In this document: piece by piece, positions 53,321 through 64,000 of the stretch | Position numbering within the stretch: position 1 is the first letter of the stretch | Layout: every line of letters starts with the position of its first letter | Origin: the human T2T-CHM13v2.0 reference genome, Homo sapiens | Direction: 5' to 3' (one strand) | Assembly (NCBI RefSeq): GCF_009914755.1 | Contig: NC_060930.1 | DNA length: 64,000 nucleotides | Translations under genes and position numbers: made by a program | The notes under the pieces: generated by a model | Databases searched by the model: none | The model's input: only the letters and a program-made list of their open reading frames with translations | Told to the model about the DNA's origin: nothing

Positions 53321-53900
53321 GCCCAACTTCTTTCTTTACTTCCTAACTACTAGATGTCTGATGATAAACTGTGAAAAGCATTAGAAGTGAAATGCATTAT
53401 CTTCCATTGATATTCATTGCAACTCCGGGAAATCAAAGGAAACGGGCTGTTGCTTCGTGGCCTGCCAGAAGCTTCTGATGTGTGTTCAAGGGTTATTTCA
53501 GAACAGCAAAACCAAGAAAACCAATTTTTAAAAAATCCCTAACTTACAGAGTTTTTCCTCATTTTTCTCCTGTAAACAATATTACCTTCCTCAGTTGGGG
53601 AGTATTTCCTTACCTCTCTGACCTCCTTTGCTGTCCAGAAATATGAGTTATTAAAGGGATTGTATGGATTCCTGAATAAGCAGCATGGGTTGTTGACCAC
53701 ATTAGTAGTATGAGCCTCAGAGGAATGAAGTGAAAATGGTAGCACTGAGCAATCATAGCCAAGAAGAAATAGCTTATAATTCTCTACATATTTCTTTTTG
53801 TTATTTTAGTACAAACACATTAGGTAAATGAAGTATTAATATATAAGACCATTAAACAAACCCTTGTATCTTGCATTAGTCTCTAGAGGAAATATATTAT

Positions 53901-53985
53901 CCCTTCCCTTCCCTTCTCCTTTCTTCCTTCCTTCTTTCCTTCCTTCCTTCCTTCTTCATTCCTTCCTTCTTGTCTTTCTGCCTTA
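53901..53985. repeat. (TTCC)n pyrimidine tract
   Basis: Direct reading. Confidence 0.9.
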
Positions 53986-54867
53986 CTTTAGCAACTATAT
54001 TTAAAGTCCTATTCCAGAGAACAGGAAAATACAAAAGAATGAGACAACATTGATTTTACAATATTATTTGGTTAAAAGGCTAATAATCAGTAAATGGAGA
54101 AAAAGTGTTGTTCACACCAATTCCTTCAGTGACATAGACTATGAGACATATGTCTAGGTGGGAGACATGAGATATGGAGGTAATTAGTGAGAACTAAGGC
54201 CAAAAGATTAACAGAATACTGGTTATGTTAAATTAGATTTTATCCTGAAAACCACAGGTAGTCATTGAAGGATCTGGAGACAAAGAGAGATATAATGAGA
54301 TTTGCCTTAAGCTCTATTTGAGGGAAGAATGGACCAGATGGAGATAGAGAAGAAGGAAATATGTCAGCACAAAGACCTTGTGTTCAAATAGGGCTAGATT
54401 CCCCATTTTGCCTCAGATAGGGCTGTATATATGCAGTCAGCATCTAGGACATGTATTTACTTCATGATATATGTGGTGAGGAAAGGTGCATGGAAGGATA
54501 AAGTTTCTTACAAGTATATGGGTGATACATGAAGAGGAAAAGAATTGATAAGGGCAATAATGCATTTCTTTCCCATTTTGTTTTTCAGAGCATTGTGATA
54601 CTAAGCCCCATTCTAGTAAGAACCAAAGGCAGGGCGATATTGTTTTAAAAGCTCAGAGGTGTCGATACTTGGCTTTTACCGGAAAAAGTATTCTGGCAGA
54701 GTGGCATTTTCTAAGAGGAGAAATAGCAGAATACAGTTGTAGCCCTTGATGCCTGGGCACAGAGTAGGCTTGCAATAGACATGTTAGATTCCCTCCAGAG
54801 TCTTGGCAAAAGAGCAACAGCAGTCAACAAAGGAGGATTTCTTTGAGAGTGTATATAAGATGTCCTC

Positions 54868-55202
<335 letters not shown>

Positions 55203-55467
55203 TCAGATGAGTTTTATGAGGATTAAAATTAGAGAACCACATTTCCATGCATGGTTGACATATTTACTCTTCTTTTGCAAGTACCTTGCCTATTTGTATT
55301 ACAATAGCAGTGACATTATCTAGGTTTTTTCTGCTGCTTCATGCCTTAACTTTTCTGACTTTTAATCATCTGTTTTCTACTGGAAAGACAATTATATCTG
55401 ACTTACAGCAAGCATGTCACAGACTATTTTAAATATCTTTACCTCAATTATGAAACTCCAGCTATGA

Positions 55468-55775
<308 letters not shown>

Positions 55776-56472
55776 TTTTCTACTTATTTCTTTAGGCCAG
55801 TGACATATGATAATTTACTAAGGGAGCATAGATGGTCTATGGAACTACAGCTAGACATATAATCACATCCCTATTGTTACAAGCATAGTTTTTCACTTAA
55901 ATAATGTGTCAGGTTTTGCCATTTAATCTCATTTCATCTATTTTAGGTAACAAGTATATGAACTTGATACCTTTACTCTTGGGAAACCCATAGTGGAAAA
56001 GTCAGCCCACGTAGCCTAGAGAGAAGGACATAGGTAATAAAGCCCACATATATAGGGCACAGAGCACAGGACATATACTTAAAACAATAGTGAGGTCTTT
56101 AGCAGTGAGACAAGATGTAAAGAGAGGAAGCTCATACTCTAGGGTTCTTCTGTATCCTCCAATCAACTGAGAAGGCAAAATTTTACACAGTTGCAAGAAG
56201 AGAGCACTGGTAAACAGTGCCAAAAGTTACAGCGAGTGGAAGATAAGGTCTGAAAAATGTCCATTTATTCAGCAAATAGGAAGTTAGTATTGCCTTGGAA
56301 TGAAACAGTTTTCATGCAATGGAAAAAATATAAGAGAGAAGGCAGAGATTTAAGAATTTGTGTGAAGGTAGAAACAGCAATTATTTTATTATGTAATGAA
56401 GATTTAGACCTGAATTAATAATAATAATAATAATAGATACCAATTCCTGACACTTGTGCCATATTTTCTTTA

Positions 56473-56859
<387 letters not shown>

Positions 56860-57284
56860 TTAGAAGTTTATTTGCAATTTTCACTTCTCTACTTTGAAAA
56901 AAGTTGATTATAATTTTTCTCTCCCTGACAGAGTAGCAATAAAACAAATAGAAAGATTGCCTAAGTCTTTTACATCGAGGTACTTTAATAAATAAAAGCA
57001 CCATAATAAAAGTGCTGTATAAACTAGAAAAAGAAACACATATTTTCACTCCAAACCCAAATTTTTCTGACAAGAACTTTAATATGAGTGGTGCTTATAC
57101 ATTAATATTCCATCATTGTGTGTCCTTTCCTTGTTAAAAGCTGCTGCAAGTCAGGCATTTATAATTATTTCATGAAATATTAATCCTCCATATCAGAAAT
57201 GCTCTAGAAAAAAAAACACTTCCTACAAGGAAAAAAGTTTCAGAAGTTAAAGGAAGGCCTCGAGTGGAAAAAATTATTAAATTT

Positions 57285-57545
57285 TTATTTTTAACTAAAT
57301 ACTTTTGTAATTGACAAAGAAAAAATTGCATATAATCTTGTGTATAACATGATTTTTTGAAATATATACACATTGTGGAATGGCTAAATCAAGTTATTTA
57401 ACATATGCGTTACCTCACAGTTATTTTTGTGTGGTGAGAACACTTATCTACTTTATTAGTGATCATAAGTATACAATATATTATCACTAACTATGGTCCC
57501 CATGTTTTATAATAGATCTCTTAAAATTATTCCTCCTATATAATT
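57285..57545 (-). mobile_element. L1MA4/5-like 3' end
   Basis: 'tatacacattgtggaatggctaaatcaag...ttacctcac...tgtggtgagaacactta...aatagatctcttaaa'. Confidence 0.85.
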
Positions 57546-58887
57546 TATATTAAGAAATTGGGAAACTCCATTGGTGCCTCTCCACGATGTGAAAGTTTCA
57601 GTCTGTCTGAAAGCACTGATCTTCTGAAAACAGTGTTTCTTATTCTTTCCAAAATAGAAGTCAGTAGGAAAGTAGAACCAGCTTGGCATTAGGAAAGTCA
57701 GAGATAAGAACAGCATGTCCTTTGTATTATCCTTTATAATAAACCAGTAAATGTAAAAGAAAAAAAAAGCATGTTTTCTTCAAAACACCTATTCTTAATG
57801 ACTAAGTATGGACACACAAATCATAAATATTATCCATTAAGAGAAAACAGAAGAAAAATCTTCCAAACTAAAGAGAAACTAATGGTTACCTAAAGTGAAA
57901 GGGAACACAGACAATGGGTATGGGACACCTTCAAAACAAACCCAGACAAGCAAAAACAGCAAACAAAACATTGTGATTTCACACCAAATTGTGAATATAA
58001 ATTTGAATCTCGAAAATACTATTCATGGAAGTATGAGATCATCACATAATTGTTTAATCAAACTATCTGATCATCTCAAGGATCCAGAGGAGAAAAGTTA
58101 GATTTCCAAAATATCTCCAAAACACTATCTCATACACAAGTTAGTTGTTTATTATGTTTATCAGTGAAGGAATAAATAAACAAATAAACACAATCTCCCA
58201 ACAATACCTTAAGACTTGATCCTTTTGTAACATTGTTCCATTTTGTTTCAAAACACCTGAAAATGAAAGAACTTTGATTTTTCCGTGTTCATAGTAAAAT
58301 ATCAAATATAAGAGGAGAAACTTAAGGTGGCCTCTAATATTTAGAGTATATTGTTTGAAATTCACCAACCCTTCTTAATTGCATCTGATATTAACGGCTT
58401 ATTTGAAAAAAAAATTAGAATGTAATTTATTATCTTAGAATAAGCTTTTAAATATTATATATTATTCTTTTTAAAGATTATTTTATCAATGGGTACTGAT
58501 TCATCTTTAAACTAATGTAGTTAATTCCTCTGAAAAACCTTAAGGCTCTAATATTCTAAATCATAAAAGAAGGCAAAGAAACAATAGCCTTTAAAAACAC
58601 TTTGATTAATAGAATCTACCTTTTATTAAATCTTAAGCTATATTAGATTGCTAGCATTGCTGAGTGCTGGTAAAAACATCTTTAGATCAATGTGAATTTG
58701 TTTAACTTCAGCGTGTTTAACTTCATAAAGTCACTAATTGTGAGATGAATCACATCTGTGCTTTCTTTGATTATGTTTATCTTGTTATTCAGCAATATTG
58801 AAATAATTTATTTTTGTCATAGCAGTCAGATGTCAATCTCAAAAGACCCTATAATTTGATAACAACATAATGGCTGGCCATCTCATA

Positions 58888-59033
58888 TATCACTAAGAAT
58901 CACTGCTTTTCCTGAGTATTAAGTAATACAATGTATGTAAAATACACAGTCTGGGATGTATATCACTAAGAATCACTGCTTTTCCTGAATATTAAGTAAT
59001 ACAATGTATGTAAAATACACAGTCTGGGATGTA
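58888..59033. repeat. 73-bp near-perfect tandem duplication
   Basis: 58888-58960 vs 58961-59033, with a single mismatch (gagt/gaat). Confidence 0.97.
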
Positions 59034-59599
59034 GCAAATAGGAAACTACAAGAAATGGTGTTTATGAGGATCTACTCTATCTCCCTTAAAATGTGGAAGA
59101 ATTGGTGGAAGTGAAAGAATCTAATGCGCAAGTGGAGCATGAAAAGGCAGAAGTGTTACAAAAGACTGAGATTAGAAAATAATGTTTTCAGCATCAATCA
59201 GGGTGGAATTTAGAGCATCTCTGGAGCACTGGAATAGTATAGTGTTTGAGAAGTGAACAAGAAGGACAGGATGGACAGAAGGACTAACATTTGCTGCTCT
59301 TTGAAATCTTGGTAATTGTATAACATTCGGGGCAAGACAGAAGGAAAGTAGTTATTTTCAAATTACTTTTCAGCTGCTTGCTTGTGTTACTTTGAGCAGA
59401 GCACAATTATAAGCATGAATCAGGAGTACCACAGACTCATAGGGAAATATTAATATTGAGGAATCAAGGGAAGTACAGATTTTTTGGCTGCACATTTTGT
59501 TCTGTTTATGGTAAAGACCTGCACAGAGAAAAGATGGGATATTATGTGAATGTGCCATGTTGGGACGTTATGTTATTTCATTCGTTCTTTAACTCTTCA

Positions 59600-59750
59600 T
59601 GTATGAGAAGAATATTATTTCCATACCAACAATAGTAAATCCGAGACTTAGAGAGTTTAAATTACTTATCTGAAGTTGCACGGTATATAAGGGACCAGAA
59701 TTGTATCCAACATGTGTTTGACCATCAAAGCCCATGCTTTCTGTTACATC
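59600..59750 (-). mobile_element. MIR
   Basis: 'ccgagacttagagagtttaaattacttatctgaagttgcac...caaagcccatgctt'. Confidence 0.65.
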
Positions 59751-61779
59751 TGGATCTAGTCACAAAGAGATGGACAGTGTAATGCTTTAGAGAACAAGGA
59801 ACTTTGACTCAACAGTTTCCATTGTAAGCATGAGATATTCTTTAAAATATTATTTTCTTTTACTGACTTCATGTTTAATAGATGTCCTTATGCCTTTAAA
59901 ATTTGGATTGCATTATGTAACACTTTAGGCAAAAGGGTGTCAAGTATGTGGTATTCAGTTGTGTTCAGGTATGTTTGTGTAAATGTGTGTGTGTGTTCAT
60001 TTATTTGTATGTATTTGTGTATGTCTATGTATGTCGTTAGTAATTGAGAAATGGATTTCAATACCCTTTAAATCCGGGACTACAGGAGTTAGATGTATAC
60101 AAATTATCACACTTAATATTTACAAAAACCTCAGAAGTTAAGAAATAATAACCTTATAAGTTAAAAAACACTATCCATCATCTTTTATTAGTTGGAGAAA
60201 TTTAGAATTAGAAAGATTGTAAGTCAAGATAAATCACAGATCAAGTCAAAGCTTGTGCTTTTTCTCTTATTCCCAGAATGCATGTACCCAGCATATTAAC
60301 TATGTCCCTACATTTAGTTTCACACCCAACACAAATTAGAGAGTAAGCCTTAATACCCAAATGAATTAACAAGTAACTTAGATTCCATGCAGATGGAATG
60401 CATATATATGTGGAGGTGTGTGCTTTCCACCTTCCGTTCACCCTGTCATATGCAAATCAATCCTCTCTACCCTCAAGCCTGATACCTACAGACTTGGTGA
60501 ACACTGCTTCTTTGAACAGAAGGCAATAGACTAGAAATATACCTTGATAAATGATTCCAGTATTAAATAAAACATAATTAATACAAATATATATGCAGAG
60601 GTTTCTTAAAGTGAAGGAAACAGCAGGCATTACTGAACTTGAAAGTTTCTTTTCCTCCTTATTCTGTATAGTCTCACTCAGGAGCCACATACATGCAAAA
60701 GTGCCACACATTGCCATATTGAAGCTGTTTTATCAATGGATAGCTAGAAGAAATTCAAATTAAGACATAATTCTTCATGGTTTTTTCTTTTTTTTTTTTT
60801 TTTGAAGAATACAGTTGATTAACTGATAAAAGAATCCAAAAAGAAAGAAAAAGAAAAAGAGACATCAGGATCAAGCACCAAACACCAAGGCCAACCAGGA
60901 AAATATAAATATCTATGTTTTAGAAACAGAAAGGATTTCCAAGAATATTTTATTCAAAAATTTAAGAAGTCAGGATGCTGAAGGAGTCCCAGGGAACAGA
61001 TCTATGTGTTCACAGAAAGCTCATGGTAAAGTTAGGGCTAGGCCAAAGAACTTCTGACTCCCAATTCAATTCTATTATCTCTCCCTACCATTGTCAGCAA
61101 ATTAATTGCACAGTGAGCTCTTTTCTAAAAATTCTTATCTTTGTGAGTCAAGTACTCTACATTTTTGTTTCTACAAGCACAGTAAAATGAGGACAAACCA
61201 TTGTAGACAAAGACTGCCACACTCAGTCAATAAATGCTTATTGACTGGGTAGTTTTCCTTGAGAACAGACAATGACAAGAAAATATATTTTTAACTTTTA
61301 CTTTGAGTTAAATTTTTATGGAAAAACTGAATTCTGTTTCTATTTAACTTTATTGGTTTGACTAGAGAAAAAATAAAATAAAATATTAAAATACAAAACA
61401 AATCTTACCCCCTTACTGTCTTATTAGTAGGAAAGAAGAGAAAAAATCAGTATCTTAAATTCAGTTTGAATCAAAACTCAGTGACTCAGAATTTAAGGTT
61501 GTCTACTCCCTGGGGACTGTGAGGATGTCCTATAGCATATCTGTACTACAATGATAGTGTCTCCAGCTGAATCAGCATGGCAGGTCTGGAGAACAATTAT
61601 GAAGTTATAAACAATAACAAATGCACTTGGTTTGAAGGAGGCACATCAGGTACTTGGTCAGCAAATTACTTTAGACATTGAACTGCTGGTAGTGGGAATA
61701 TTCAAAGCTCTATAGCAAGATGGCATAAGACTGATCTAGAATACATATTTTTTGTAATTCTGTAATCTTCTTCAAACCA

Positions 61780-62130
61780 ATTCATGTCCCTAGGTTCAAT
61801 TATTTTATGTGTAAGTGAAATTCAATGGTTAAAATATTTTCCCTACATGTTGCAGAGGTCATTTTGAAGATGAAATAAGGCAATGTATACGGTATGCATA
61901 CAAATCCCTTTGTAAACTGTAAACATGTAAAAACACAATGGATTAATTATTGTACTAAAATATTATTAGTGATCTGGGATTCAGAATAGCTCCATTTAAA
62001 TTACATATTTGCATTAACTTCTGGTATAATTGGATAAGCCATTAATTTCTCTAGACCTCAGTTTTCTCGTTATTAAGTGAGCAAATCTTTTTATTAATCT
62101 TCTCTGGTTATGACATTCCTTGATTGTAGC
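61780..62130 (+). mobile_element. MIR/MIR3 fragments
   Basis: 'ttgaagatgaaataaggcaatgtat...ctttgtaaactgtaaa' and 'ttggataagccattaatttctctagacctcagttttctc'. Confidence 0.6.
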
Positions 62131-63387
62131 TAGGGTTGTGATTTTATATTTAAAACTCAATTGTCCTTGGGGTGTTATATTTTACTAAGCTGGAGAGTAT
62201 CTTAAAATTTCCTTTTACTTAAATCTCCCCAAGGGCTGTATATTATCTTACATCTTCTTCAGAGAAACAGGGTAATTGTATGATTTTCAGCTATAAATAA
62301 TGAAAGCCTCTGAAGTAGGAAAAGCTGATGTTGAAGCAAAACTAGAGTTAGGTTTTAAAAAGAGCCAATTATTGCTTAGTTATTAGACTTTTATCTAATC
62401 AGAACTAAAATCATAAACACAGGTATAGGCTTTTATAGGTGATACCAAAAGAAAGGTAAATTAAGATTTAGAGAAAAAATGAGGAAGGATAGATCTATTT
62501 TCTAAGAACTCATAATTTTCTGGGGTAGTGAAAATGTAAATGGTGTAGGATAAATATGGCAGATCTGTACTGTCTGAATATATATCAAGGAATAACAGAA
62601 AGGGAGTTTTGTATTTCAAAGAAGCTATTTGTTATCAACATTGTCTCTAAGAGTGGTAAAGCAAGTCTAGCAAATGTGAAATTTTTACTAAGTATTCATG
62701 TTTAGAACTTAAATTTGCATAAACTGCCATGAAGCTGATTAATAATAACCCGTATTTTGCTCTTTTCCAGGAACACTAGCTTGTTTACTAAGTGCCTTTT
62801 TCTTTTTTAAAGTAAACATTGCAGCATTGTTTAGGAATTCAAATTCCAAAAGAAAAATTTTAAATATACACTTAAGGAGCTATTTTCCGAGCTCCATATT
62901 GTTTACCTTATCATTCACTTACTTAGATCTTCCTCACTTTCTTATCTATGAATTTATCAAGCAACTGTCCTTTTGAAGTTAAACAGCTAGGCAACTCCTT
63001 TCATCTGAATTGAACATTCAGTGGAGAATAACAATCCATATTTTTATGTAACATTGAATTGATATAATTTTACAACTGCTTCTACATTGCTACCACCAAA
63101 TATCTAGGTGTCATAAATTTAGCAGCCAGAGTCTGAACATTAGGGTGGCATAATATATCCTATGTCTCCATGTGTTGTTAGTTTATCACTATAAAGGGTA
63201 ACAGAATTTCTAGAATTGCCTCTAGACAATTCAACCCCACTGCAGTTCTCTGAAATTGTATCAAACATAAGAGGCAGATATTTCAATCACTTGAACTTCC
63301 ATCAGAGGCAAGACCCAGGGTGATGGATTTACTAGCTGTGAGCTCCATAATTCTAAATTCATTTAGGAGACTAAATTCCTTTGGGTC

Positions 63388-63612
63388 TGTTATGGGCTGG
63401 ATTTTGTCCTCCCACTCCCTTAAATTCATATGTTGAAAAAAAAAACCGAGGAGATATTAATCTACAAGTCAAAATGATAGGCCCTCAGAAGAAAACAACG
63501 CCCCTGACACCTTGATCTTGAACTTCTGGCTTCCAGAATCATGAGAAAATAAATTTCCTTTAAGTTACCCAATCTGTATAACTTTGTTATGGCAGCCCAG
63601 AAAATTAATACA
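63388..63612 (+). mobile_element. MLT1A/B-like solo LTR with internal deletion
   Basis: 'tgttatgggctggattttgtcc...aaattcatatgttgaa' joined to 'ctgacaccttgatcttgaacttctggcttccagaa...tttgttatggcagcc...taataca'; TSD gggtc/gggtt. Confidence 0.88.
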
Positions 63613-64000
63613 GGGTTCAAACTCTGGAAGCTTTAAGGGACAGACCTCCTGGAACTTTTCTTAATTAAAACCTGTCCCTCATACCAATACCTATATAACA
63701 TTATGTATACTTCATTATAAACTCATTTGCCTAAGGCTGTCCTTAAATCTGGGTTTTGTAATAAAAAAATTTCACTCATGTCAATGTTCTGCAGTCAAGA
63801 ATCACTCAAATTTTGTGAATGCTTGGATTCTCTATCTTACACTTTTTATAGGGTCATATTTGAGATGTAAAGGTTGACTCATCTTCCTCATTCAAAAGAC
63901 AGAGACTTGGATCTCATGAGCATTTATTTCCCTTATGAAGACAGAATATAGTTGCGCACAGTTCTGTGAAAATAATAGTCAGTATAAGGCATATGTAAGG

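Noticed and set aside
57550-57770. Possible retrocopy or snoRNA: unique stretch, MER21-like 'tcctttataataaaccagtaaatgtaa', then an A run
   Set aside because: No TSD and no convincing H/ACA or C/D structure. The A run may be a local expansion in a small LTR fragment.

Overview
AT-rich, CpG-poor primate DNA (human or other great ape, judged from an L1PA2-type and an AluYe5-type insertion). It looks intergenic or deep intronic. I found no credible protein-coding gene, RNA gene or CpG island, and the six-frame ORFs I could assign are transposon remnants, antisense Alu/L1 frames or chance ORFs. Most recognisable content is a layered transposable-element record: about 14 Alu/FLAM copies, young and old L1s, L2/MIR fragments, a full-length Tigger1 with nested Alus, a complete MSTB (MaLR) provirus, several solo LTRs, hAT/Tc1-mariner MITEs and microsatellites. 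The most notable structures are (1) a short L1PA2-type insertion carrying a 23-nt 3' transduction with a second poly(A) inside a 15-bp TSD, (2) a ~175-bp segment duplicated 2.56 kb away with a direct-plus-inverted repeat scar at its junction, (3) a nearly perfect 73-bp tandem duplication, (4) a close inverted Alu pair, and (5) a candidate non-coding exon and a candidate enhancer. I found no evidence of a novel biological system. Subfamily names come from remembered consensus sequences and need RepeatMasker/Dfam confirmation. Boundaries of old elements are approximate.
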